Source: a virus. Taken from it: 64,000 nucleotides of DNA. The stretch is from positions 18,816 to 82,815 of the IMG/VR virus record IMGVR_UViG_3300031344_000005. One strand, written 5' to 3'. The notes beneath the pieces were generated by a model. It was not told where the DNA came from. It worked only from the letters and a program-made list of their open reading frames with translations, and did not search any database. A program made the translations under genes and the position numbers. Below are positions 19,535-30,276 of this stretch, piece after piece (positions within the stretch are counted from its first letter, which is position 1; each line of letters starts with the position of its first letter).

Positions 19535-19535
<1 letters not shown>
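19269..19535 (+). CDS. Hypothetical protein
   Basis: 88 aa, coupled; ends WDGG...INGG, as often seen upstream of Mtd_N fibres. Confidence 0.65.
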
Positions 19536-21030
<1,495 letters not shown>

Positions 21031-21034
<4 letters not shown>

Positions 21035-22005
21035 CCGAAAAGATCAGTGCAGTCATCTGCACCTACAACGAAGAGGACAACATCGCGGCCTGCATCGAGT
21101 CGGTTGCAGGCGTCGACGAGGTCGTGGTGAGTGACGACTATTCGGAGGACTCGACAAGGGAGATTGCCGAACGCCTCGGCGCCAAGGTATTGTTGCGCAG
21201 CAAGGAAGGCGGTGGTTCACGGCTCGGCGGTGACATCATCACGGAGACGCATGTCAACGACTTCCACGAGCGCTTCGGCTGGGCGCCATCATTCCACGCT
21301 GGCGACCGCATTTGCAACGGCGCCGACAAGGCCCGTGAGGCCGTGGGGTTCGCCCAGGGGGACTGGATCATTAGTCCAGATGCGGACGAGCGTGTCACCT
21401 GGAACTTACCAGCGTTGCGGGAATTGCTTCCGGTCTGTGATCAGATCGTGCACGAGTTCGTCCACTCACACGACGCTGAAGGGAAGCCTCACCGAGTAAG
21501 CACTATCTCAAAACTATTTCGCAAATCCATGACCGGGTTTGGAGGGCGCACGCACACTTGCATGCTGCCGGCGGGGAGGATCCTCCAGACGAACCTGCTT
21601 CGCATTGACCACTACCAAAAACCCCACGACCAGCCGCACGTGCTGCCAACGATGGAGTACAGCGTGCTGACGGACGACGATCAACGAAGTCGGTTTTATC
21701 TCGGGCGCGAATATTACTTCTATCGTCACTACGACAGGGCGCTCGTTCTCTTGGATCTGTACCTCAAGAACGCCACCGGACACATCCCAGAGATTGCACA
21801 GGCACGGTTGTACGCGGCTCATTGCTACTGGGAGGATGGCTCGGGACGTGGCGATGAAGCGCGGCGGAGCTGCATGGAAGCGTTGATCCTCAACCCCGAG
21901 CACCGGGACGCACTGGCATTCATGGCCGAGCTGTATCACGAGCCGTGGAAACACAAATGGCTGCACCTCGCTAGCGTGGCCACAGACGAGGATATTCTAT
22001 TTTGA
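21031..22005 (+). CDS. Glycosyltransferase family 2 with C-terminal TPR
   Basis: [32 protein letters not shown] (DxD); [14 protein letters not shown] helices. Confidence 0.9.
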
Positions 22006-22838
22006 ACCCATTCGCCCGCGCAGGATTTGAACAAGCCGGACAGATGCTCGGCGAGGGCAGCTCGTTCTACGTCGCGCGGGCCATCAGCGTGGGCGGACAG
22101 ATCGTCCGAATAGTGTTCAGCGGCGAGCCCAAGCACAAAAGTTCGGGTGCGCCAGATGATGCCCTGAACGCGGCGAACTACCAGGTTTCAGTCACGACCG
22201 GGACCGGCAATGATCCGGAGTCCATCGCGACCCTGCTAACCGTTGGGTTCTGGCCAGCCTTCGGGCTGCACGCTGACGGCGAGGCGTACGTCGATTTGCA
22301 AGTGGACCGCCCCCTCATCGTCGGCATGAGCTACACGGTCGCGGTGTCGCATGCACTGGTGGCGGCTGACGGCACTCCGATCGGCTCCCCCTACTCGTGG
22401 ACCTTCAACGGCTCGGCGCGGCCGATTCGTCGACGCCAGCAACGCCGGCAAATCGGGCTAGTAGACTTCGCGAGCGATCCCTTCACGGGCGGCATTAAAG
22501 TCGACCAATCGGGCGACTGGGCGAGCGAGGAAGGTTTGTCCGGCACTCGCAAGCGCGTTTGGCGGACTGCCCTCACGCCATTCGGCGCATTTTCGTTTCT
22601 GCAGAATTTCGGTCTGAAGTACGACATCAAGAAGCCCGGCACGCTCAGCATCCTGGGCAACTTGCGCACCGAACTGAAACAGCAGCTTCTGCAGCAGCCC
22701 GACATCAAGAACGCCAGCTCGTCGGTGGCGATGGACTCGCGTGGCTTTTTGGCTATCACGATCAACACCCAGACCAGCACGGGTGAGAATCTTTCCGATA
22801 CCATGCAGGCAACCCCCAGCGGAATGGTGACAACGTAA
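22002..22838 (+). CDS. Baseplate wedge gp25-like protein with N-terminal Ig-like domain
   Basis: C-terminal SGD..EEGL..RKRVWR..LTP.G....NFG..QQLLQQPDI; Ig-like N-half (LNAANY, YTVAVS, YSWTF). Confidence 0.65.
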   Translation: MNPFARAGFEQAGQMLGEGSSFYVARAISVGGQIVRIVFSGEPKHKSSGAPDDALNAANYQVSVTTGTGNDPESIATLLTVGFWPAFGLHADGEAYVDLQVDRPLIVGMSYTVAVSHALVAADGTPIGSPYSWTFNGSARPIRRRQQRRQIGLVDFASDPFTGGIKVDQSGDWASEEGLSGTRKRVWRTALTPFGAFSFLQNFGLKYDIKKPGTLSILGNLRTELKQQLLQQPDIKNASSSVAMDSRGFLAITINTQTSTGENLSDTMQATPSGMVTT

Positions 22839-23947
22839 TGCCCTCTTCCTTCGTTTCGCGCCAAGACCTCTTCGCGGTTGGCCGCGCCGCCATTGTCGCC
22901 ACGCCTGGAATCCGCATCAACCCAACGATGATCGATGTTCCGGGCAGCGATCTAAACCTCACGGTCGGGGTAGACGCCGTGTTGGGCGAAGAAATATCGA
23001 TGCGTTCTGCCTATGCGATGCGGGGGGCGTTCGCGGAGTTAGCGCGCGGCTCGCAGCTCGACCGAGTGATCTATGACCGATCGGGCCTCCTGCGGTTCGG
23101 CGCCACGCCGGCCAGCGTAGATCTCGTGCTGAGCAGGCCAACCGCAACCGGGGGCGCCGGGACCCTTGACGCTGGCTCAGTGGTCCAAACGGCCGCTGGC
23201 ACGCAGTTCGGGCTGGATTACGCGGTGGTTTTTGGCGATGCGCTTCTCACGACCACGGCGTCCGCGACATCTACAACGTCGGGCGCCGATACCAACGTGG
23301 CAGCCGGGACCGTGACAGGGTTCTCAACTCAGCCGTTCGACACGACTTTGACGGTGACCAACCCCACGAGCGCGGCCGGCGGAACCGATGCCGAGGATGC
23401 CATTGCGTTCCTGGGGCGCTATCGCGGCTACTTCCCGACGCTCAGCAGGGGCACGCTGGGGGCCATCGAATATGGGGCCACGCAGGTGCCTGGCGTTGCC
23501 GTCGCGACCGCCACCGAGGTGGTGAACCCAGGGACGGGCTACCCTGCGGCTATCGTCCAGTTGGTGATCGGTGATGTCTCGGGAAACGCGACCTTCGACA
23601 TGGTGAAGGCCGTGGCCAATATGATGCTGACCTACCGGGCACTCGGTATCTACGTGCAGGTACTGAGCGGCGTCGTATTCCAGCAGGCCGTCGCGTGGTC
23701 GCTCGCGTTCCAAACCGGAGTCAACGAAGCGCTGGCGGTGTCGCGCGTGCGGGCCGTTACGGTGGCGTGCGCGCAATTCCTGGCGCCGGGCGCCACGCTC
23801 TACAGGTCGACTCTTATCAGCGCGGCCCGAAAAGTGCCTGGCGTCATTATCTCGGATTCGTCACTCGTCTACCCGCTCGGAGACGTCGAGCCTACGTCGG
23901 TTCAGCAAATGATCCGTGTCGCAAGCCAGGCGGTCACCTTCCAATGA
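22838..23947 (+). CDS. Baseplate J-like wedge protein
   Basis: ARGSQLDR, AAGGTDAE, SRGTLGAIEY..QVPGV motifs. Confidence 0.9.
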   Translation: MPSSFVSRQDLFAVGRAAIVATPGIRINPTMIDVPGSDLNLTVGVDAVLGEEISMRSAYAMRGAFAELARGSQLDRVIYDRSGLLRFGATPASVDLVLSRPTATGGAGTLDAGSVVQTAAGTQFGLDYAVVFGDALLTTTASATSTTSGADTNVAAGTVTGFSTQPFDTTLTVTNPTSAAGGTDAEDAIAFLGRYRGYFPTLSRGTLGAIEYGATQVPGVAVATATEVVNPGTGYPAAIVQLVIGDVSGNATFDMVKAVANMMLTYRALGIYVQVLSGVVFQQAVAWSLAFQTGVNEALAVSRVRAVTVACAQFLAPGATLYRSTLISAARKVPGVIISDSSLVYPLGDVEPTSVQQMIRVASQAVTFQ

Positions 23948-25437
23948 GTCAGGGCGGTCCTCTCTCGCAGGCTGACCTACTGGCGTTTCTGCGCCGGACG
24001 ACGGATAGCGCTTGGCTGCAGGCCATGCTCGACCAGCCCGATGGCGCTGCCATCATCGCCAGCAAGCTCGCGGTTTTCGAGGCGACCAGCGAAGCCGTCA
24101 TGGCCCAAGCCGATGCCACCATGATTTCAACAGCGCCGACTGGGCGCTCGGGAGTGTGCACGCTGACGCTCAGCCGTAGCAATACCAGCGTGGCCGACAC
24201 AATCCCGAAGGGGTACTCGTTCGTGACCAACCTTGGCGTCGCCCTAACGGTCGCGACCGACACCATCGTGGCGACGTCGCAGAGCACCGTGGCGGTCCCG
24301 CTTGAAACCGTCAGGATGATCGATTTGGTCAACACTCCTGGGCCCGCATTCGACGACCTTCTCACGCCCGGCGGATACGTCGACGCCGCCCTGGGCACCA
24401 ACGGGGCATGTGTGTTCTTCGATGCCCCACACACGTCCGGGACGCTCACCTATGTTTCGTCGACTGCTATCACCGGCGCCGCCGAAGACTGGCTGAGTGC
24501 TCTTGGCGCCGAGCGCGGCTGCTACCGTCAGGACGGCGAGGACGGCGAAGCCTACAGGGCACGAGTCCGCATGATTCCCGATGCCGTGAGCCCCAGAGCT
24601 ATTGCGGCCGCCGTCGATGCCCCGTCGACGGCCTTGCCGCCGCGCTGGCTCGCCGAACCGTTCAACGACGGCGCCGATGTAGACGTCCGGCTGGCCATGA
24701 GCCTGGGATTCTTCGACGCTCCGTTCTGCGACATTGGGACTAACGGCTGGCCGCTCAGCTACTGCGACGATTGGCTTGGCGCGACACTTGCGGCAAAAAA
24801 CCCCGTCGCGACTGTCGAAACCCCCGGCATGCGGGAGAGCCGCGCCTATTTCCGCATCGACCTGGTCGGCCCGTTGTGCGACCCCGATGGCCTGCTCCTC
24901 TATGCGGACGTCGGATATACCGACGACACCGAATGGGGGTTCCCCGACATCGGCTGCCTGCCGGGCTCTTCGATTGGAGTGCATCCCGTCATAGGCGCCG
25001 CCAGCCAGGCCCTTCTGCATGAGGCGCAGACCAAGAAGGCCGGGGGAGTGCAGTTTGACATCTACCTCGAAGACGCAACAATTCTGCAGGCGCAGAACTA
25101 CCACAACGGCACCACCGACCCGACCGGGGCCGTCGTCTGGACGCTCACGCCGGAGTCTGACACCGCATGGTATCTACGCGAAGGGCTCGCGACCGGAGAC
25201 GCTGGCGAAATGATGAATCCCGCAACACAAGGGATCAAGGTGCGGCTCACCCTGGCGGACAGCACCGTCATCGATACCGGGTGGCGCGTCGGCTGCCTCC
25301 CGTTGCGGATGTTCGAGCTGAAAGCCCTTGGGTATCACAGCCAGCGCGTCGCTAAAATCGAGGGCCTGGTGAGGGCCGATGTGCCCGCGTTCTTGAACCT
25401 AGTTGGAAATTTTCTAGTGAGTACGTGCACAATCTGA
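23944..25437 (+). CDS. Baseplate wedge protein (gpI/gp7-like)
   Basis: Coupled start MSQGG; WLSALGAERGCYRQDGEDGEAYRARV motif. Confidence 0.7.
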   Translation: MSQGGPLSQADLLAFLRRTTDSAWLQAMLDQPDGAAIIASKLAVFEATSEAVMAQADATMISTAPTGRSGVCTLTLSRSNTSVADTIPKGYSFVTNLGVALTVATDTIVATSQSTVAVPLETVRMIDLVNTPGPAFDDLLTPGGYVDAALGTNGACVFFDAPHTSGTLTYVSSTAITGAAEDWLSALGAERGCYRQDGEDGEAYRARVRMIPDAVSPRAIAAAVDAPSTALPPRWLAEPFNDGADVDVRLAMSLGFFDAPFCDIGTNGWPLSYCDDWLGATLAAKNPVATVETPGMRESRAYFRIDLVGPLCDPDGLLLYADVGYTDDTEWGFPDIGCLPGSSIGVHPVIGAASQALLHEAQTKKAGGVQFDIYLEDATILQAQNYHNGTTDPTGAVVWTLTPESDTAWYLREGLATGDAGEMMNPATQGIKVRLTLADSTVIDTGWRVGCLPLRMFELKALGYHSQRVAKIEGLVRADVPAFLNLVGNFLVSTCTI

Positions 25438-25454
25438 CGACATAGGAGATCCCC

Positions 25455-27026
25455 ATGGCAGCCGGTTCTAAGTCACATTTCATTCAGAATCCCCGCGAGA
25501 TGATCGTGTCGACCGACCTCACTCGCATTGGCAAACTGGCAGTCCGCGAACAGCAGGACGCCGACCAGGCCAAGAGCGTTCGCGCGGACTTTTACACGTC
25601 TGCATCGGGCACCATTGACGACTTTGGCCCCGCCAATCGGGCCACTGCGGCGACGCCGATCTCTGGCGCGCTGGTGGCGCCGTCGCTCACCGGGAGCCCG
25701 GGCACGCTCAACATGCTCATAGGAGCAGGCGAAGTCGAGTTCGCGTCGAGCGATACATCTGTACCCGACGTGTCGGCATACCAGACGACGCGGTGGACGG
25801 GTCAAATCGTCACGTGGCCGACGGCCGCCAACCCCGACGCGAACTATCCCAAGATCGCAACTATCTGCGTGACCCCGGGTGATGACGGCTTCGACGTCGC
25901 CAGTCGAAACATTCTACTCAATCCCACGACGCGCCAGTTCGAGCCGCAGAACGTGCCGAAAACCAGCGATCCAACGGGCACCATCTCGGTCGTCGCCGGC
26001 ACCGCCGCCACTACGCCGTTCCCGCCTGCGGTGCCATCTGGCGCCGTCGCGCTGTTCGATGTGCTGATGCATGCCGGTGACACGCAATCATTGTCATTTT
26101 GCATTACTCGCCGCTGCTGGCGGCGCATTGAATTTCCGGGCAGTTCGCAGCATGGAATCCTGAAGGACTGCGTGCCCACGTGGGCCTACGGAGCGGAGTC
26201 CGCAGGGTCAACCACCAAGCTCGTTACCGCCAGTCGGGTACACCGGGCCATCATCGACGGCGAGCTGCTGACGTTCTCGGGAACCGGCTACATCACGCCC
26301 GTCACCGATACGGTCAACGGTCCCACGAGCGCGCCGGCGGGGAACGACATGGCGACGTACCTCTACCTGTGTGGAGGCCGGAATTGGCCGTATGCCCTAC
26401 TGACCAACGGCGGCCTGTCGGCCGTCCCGGTCGTGCTGGTTGAAAGCCTCACGGCACCGGACGCCATGGGTCACCCCAGCGCGGCTCTGGCTTGGGCCGG
26501 ATCCGCAATCCCGCGAGCGGCGGCGCTGTTCATCGGCTGCGCGTTCAGAATTGCCAACACCAGTTTGACGAAGTCCGTGTTCTACGACGGCGACTGGGTG
26601 CGACCGCAGGACAGCACAAGTGGCCCCGCTTTTTTGGGGTTCTATCTGGCTACCATCACGACGATCGCTGATGGATACCCTGTGACAACCCTGGATCTGA
26701 GCGGTGGAGGCGGAGGCATTCCGGCCGTATCGACAGCCCTGGAGTTACAGGCCGACTACAATCCCGGCGCAGCCGGCGCCTACCAGGTAGGCGTTCGCAT
26801 CACCTACCCGTCATCGGGCCCGGTAATACTCCGCCCGACCATGCAGGGACTCAACGGCGGGATCGATAGTATAGGTGAGGTCGTCAGTCCCCCGGCGCGC
26901 ATCCCCTGTTCCGCCGGTGCGGCAACGGTCGGCTATCAAGGGTTTGGAAACAGCCCGACGACGGGTATCGCACTACACATCCGTCCCACCGCCTACAACA
27001 TGAACATCCCGCGCGTCGGCAAGTAG
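25455..27026 (+). CDS. Putative tail fibre/baseplate-attached protein
   Basis: AGGAG RBS; NPDANYPKIATI..VVAGTAATTPFPPAVPSGAVAL anchor motif typical of fibre N-termini. Confidence 0.6.
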   Translation: MAAGSKSHFIQNPREMIVSTDLTRIGKLAVREQQDADQAKSVRADFYTSASGTIDDFGPANRATAATPISGALVAPSLTGSPGTLNMLIGAGEVEFASSDTSVPDVSAYQTTRWTGQIVTWPTAANPDANYPKIATICVTPGDDGFDVASRNILLNPTTRQFEPQNVPKTSDPTGTISVVAGTAATTPFPPAVPSGAVALFDVLMHAGDTQSLSFCITRRCWRRIEFPGSSQHGILKDCVPTWAYGAESAGSTTKLVTASRVHRAIIDGELLTFSGTGYITPVTDTVNGPTSAPAGNDMATYLYLCGGRNWPYALLTNGGLSAVPVVLVESLTAPDAMGHPSAALAWAGSAIPRAAALFIGCAFRIANTSLTKSVFYDGDWVRPQDSTSGPAFLGFYLATITTIADGYPVTTLDLSGGGGGIPAVSTALELQADYNPGAAGAYQVGVRITYPSSGPVILRPTMQGLNGGIDSIGEVVSPPARIPCSAGAATVGYQGFGNSPTTGIALHIRPTAYNMNIPRVGK

Positions 27027-27030
27027 TTCG

Positions 27031-30000
27031 ATGGGGTTCGCCTCCGCCAGCATTCTGATTTCCGTCAATGGCGACACCCCCGTCGCCCAGTGGCGGCAGG
27101 ACTGCGTGGCGGGTTCGGTCGTCACGGTCGCGCTGTCCGACAACATCGGCGCCAACACGTACCGCTGGCGCCTCATCGGCAGACCCGAGGGCTCCACGAC
27201 CGCCGGCACCGGGCCAGAGCCGTTGTCACTCGGGACCGCCGCCGTTGCGGCTTTCACGATCGATATTCAGGGCACCTACGTGGTCGAGTGTCTGGTGAAC
27301 GGTGGGGCGCCAGACGCGATCATCATCGTCGGCGGCGTGGCGTATCTCGAAACATTCACCAACCCGCTTGGGCTGCTATTGCGCCTCCTGGGTCCAGGCG
27401 AAACCAGCGAGGACAATGCGGACCCGCAGATAGCTCAGGGCTGGATCAAGATGCTGAACCGCTGGCTGAAGGTTCTGCGAGCCTTCGTGAGCCAAGCAGC
27501 TTTGTTCCTGAGCGATCGCATTCCGCTGCCCAATGGAGTTGGCGCTTCCGGCACTGGCAACGAGGCGACGCGATGGGATCACGTCCACCCACTCAAGCCG
27601 GTGCCGGTCCTGACCACGCGGTACTATTTGACCGGCAACCCCTCCGATACTTCGGGCGACTATCTGTTTTCGACGATTCAGCCAGCGCCTGCAGATCTGC
27701 AGCCGCCTAGCGGGTCGACCTACCCGATCATTCAAGATTCCCCCGTCGGCGATCCGGGGATCGCGACGTGGCCAGCGGGCGTCGTGATGGCCCACATTGT
27801 GGCGCGGGTGCTAAATGCCCATGGCGGGGGAATGTCCTATCCCATGAGTTTCGGCACGTCAGGGGAAGGCGCCGCAATTCTGGGGCGCGTTTCAGGCGGC
27901 CGCGGCGGCTTGGCATACCAGACGGCGCCCTGGCCAGATCAGCCGCTGCTGACATCGGATTACCAGACGTTCGTGGTTCCGCTCTACGTGCAAAGCTTGG
28001 ATGGTAGCGCGGGCGACCGGCTAAGGGCTTGGTTCCGCTGCAACCCCACCGGCGGTACCATCACAGACGAGCAATTTGAGATCCATCTCAGTGACAGCTA
28101 CCTCGATACGCTTTTCCCTCCCTCAGATGGTGGCACCGGCGGCGACACCTACAAGGTCAAGCGCGACGTCGATGCCACGCCCGTATATGGGGATCAGTTA
28201 CTCGTCAGTCCGAATGGAAGCCTCTCGCTTGTCAACGATCCCGAGTCCGACTCAATTGACATTCAGGTGGTGTGCAGTTCCGACTTGCCGCTGCCAGACG
28301 ACCCTGTGGCGTCGGCGGGCGACCCCAACGATCGACCCGCCAGCATAAAGCATGTCCACTCCCTCGTCCCCGCCTCCACCAACGGCAGCAAGCTCTGGAC
28401 AGGCCTCATCCCAGCCCTCGGGGAGCTTGCAGCAGTTGACTGCGTGTTCTCGGGCGGCTTGGGCGGTAACAGCGGCTGGAGCCAGAGAGGGACGGGCGTC
28501 TGGCAGTCGAATGGTTACGGCGGGATACCCCCCATCGCGCTCGACTCGGCAATCCCCTTTGTCGGTATGCGGGTATTGGACGCCGTCGATGGTGTCGAAG
28601 CTGGTATCTACGTCCTGACCGATACTGGGCAAGATGTCGTCACGGCCAATACGCCATACTATATCCAGGCCGACGGCTCGCTCGCACTCACACCGCCCAC
28701 GACATCGGGAAATCTGACGGCCACTGTCTCGGGTCAAGCGGCGACCATCGAGATGCAGTCGTCTGCGATTGGTCTCACGACTTGGCCTGGCGGCACAGTT
28801 CCCGTAACCGTAACCGCATGGATAACCGGCGGTTCCGGCGACTACACGTTTGGTTTCATCGTAGGAGAATCCATTGCTTTAGATCGAGGCTACGCTGGCG
28901 GAGGAGGCAGCGCCTACTCCTACTCCGACCACGCGCACCTGCCCTCGACTCAGGCCATTACGAGCACACCCCAGCAATTCACGTTCAACGTGCCGGTCAC
29001 CGGAACGTCGAGTGCTAACCTAACGGACTGGCTCATGTTGGCGCTTACCGCTCATGGCAATGATGGCGCCGTTCTGCACATCGGCTACGACCCTTCACAG
29101 TCCGGTGCTATCACCACGCTGTTCACGACGACGTTCTATCACTTTGCAGTCCTGCAACGCTCTTCCGATGCCAACGCTACCGCCGACTTCAGCAATGGGA
29201 TGTACGTGCTGGTCAACGGCGGCTCTACCCATGCGGGCCAGACGTGGGGAGCGACACTGCCTAGCCCCTTCGAGCTGGACGTCTCATCCCAGTCCTGGAC
29301 GCAGATCAGCCCGCCAACTTCCACGCCTCTCTACCAGCTTCTTACGGCTGCACAGCTTGGCTTCACCAGCCCCAACACCGGGCAAGCATCGGCGGCGGTT
29401 TCGTCGACCACGGGCGAGGTCGTGATTGGGTCGCTGACTTTCGATGAGCGCACCGCCGACCTGGCCGGTACTACGATCCCCGCGACCGGAGTGTGGCGCT
29501 CCCACCTACCACTGAGTTTGGGTGGCGACCTCGCGGCCAACACGGTCGTGAAAGCCTACGCAAAGGGCGCACTCGATGGGACTTGGCACCTTGTCGGTAC
29601 AACGTCGGCACTCCACAGCGCAGGCCCCGGAGTCTTCATCGCGGTAGGCGCCTTTGGCGGCGCCGGCTACTCAATGGGCGGCGCCGAGCCACTGCAGATG
29701 CAATTCACGGCGTCGACGGACTCGACGGACGGCGTGACTGTGGCGTGGACCTACAACGATCCGACGCATCAGTGCTACATCGAAGTCCCGATGGTGCTGG
29801 GGTTCTCGGGAACTGACAACCACCAAGACCTCATCAAGCGCGGCGTGTTCCTCGTCGCTGGCAATGAAACCAAGTATGGGCATCCCCAGAGCTACATCGA
29901 GCCGGGCCGTGTGCATTCGCCATACGGCGACCTGGTGACGACGGTGGGCGGGGTTTTCACGGCGCCCAGAAGCAATTCTGTTCAGATTGATGGCAACGAG

Positions 30001-30276
30001 GATTTCATTGGCATTGACCTAGAAGCCACGGGAAGTGATCCATGGTTACCCGGCGACCGTCTCTGGGTTCACTACGCTAGTGCTCGCAACGTGGTGGCGA
30101 TGCGAACTGTGCCGAGCGGTTGCGGAGCGCTCTGGTTCAATGTTCCCCCCGACCCCTCCGACCCATCAGGTAGCTCGCCTACTGTGAGAGTGGGGACTGG
30201 CTCCGTGATGTGCTTTGTCTGCAACGGCACCCTATGGGTAGCCGCCACACCACCTGCGTTTGGAAATATCGAATGA
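27031..30276 (+). CDS. Large fibre/receptor-binding protein
   Basis: 1081 aa; PKD-like N-terminus (YRWRLIGRPEGS..D.QGTYVVE); DHVH/KHVH metal-type knots; several beta domains. Confidence 0.65.
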   Translation: MGFASASILISVNGDTPVAQWRQDCVAGSVVTVALSDNIGANTYRWRLIGRPEGSTTAGTGPEPLSLGTAAVAAFTIDIQGTYVVECLVNGGAPDAIIIVGGVAYLETFTNPLGLLLRLLGPGETSEDNADPQIAQGWIKMLNRWLKVLRAFVSQAALFLSDRIPLPNGVGASGTGNEATRWDHVHPLKPVPVLTTRYYLTGNPSDTSGDYLFSTIQPAPADLQPPSGSTYPIIQDSPVGDPGIATWPAGVVMAHIVARVLNAHGGGMSYPMSFGTSGEGAAILGRVSGGRGGLAYQTAPWPDQPLLTSDYQTFVVPLYVQSLDGSAGDRLRAWFRCNPTGGTITDEQFEIHLSDSYLDTLFPPSDGGTGGDTYKVKRDVDATPVYGDQLLVSPNGSLSLVNDPESDSIDIQVVCSSDLPLPDDPVASAGDPNDRPASIKHVHSLVPASTNGSKLWTGLIPALGELAAVDCVFSGGLGGNSGWSQRGTGVWQSNGYGGIPPIALDSAIPFVGMRVLDAVDGVEAGIYVLTDTGQDVVTANTPYYIQADGSLALTPPTTSGNLTATVSGQAATIEMQSSAIGLTTWPGGTVPVTVTAWITGGSGDYTFGFIVGESIALDRGYAGGGGSAYSYSDHAHLPSTQAITSTPQQFTFNVPVTGTSSANLTDWLMLALTAHGNDGAVLHIGYDPSQSGAITTLFTTTFYHFAVLQRSSDANATADFSNGMYVLVNGGSTHAGQTWGATLPSPFELDVSSQSWTQISPPTSTPLYQLLTAAQLGFTSPNTGQASAAVSSTTGEVVIGSLTFDERTADLAGTTIPATGVWRSHLPLSLGGDLAANTVVKAYAKGALDGTWHLVGTTSALHSAGPGVFIAVGAFGGAGYSMGGAEPLQMQFTASTDSTDGVTVAWTYNDPTHQCYIEVPMVLGFSGTDNHQDLIKRGVFLVAGNETKYGHPQSYIEPGRVHSPYGDLVTTVGGVFTAPRSNSVQIDGNEDFIGIDLEATGSDPWLPGDRLWVHYASARNVVAMRTVPSGCGALWFNVPPDPSDPSGSSPTVRVGTGSVMCFVCNGTLWVAATPPAFGNIE

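Noticed and set aside
26013-26027. Third match to the leader loop core CGCCGTTCCCGC
   Set aside because: Inside a coding region (TPFPP), without flanking stems or promoter; probably chance.
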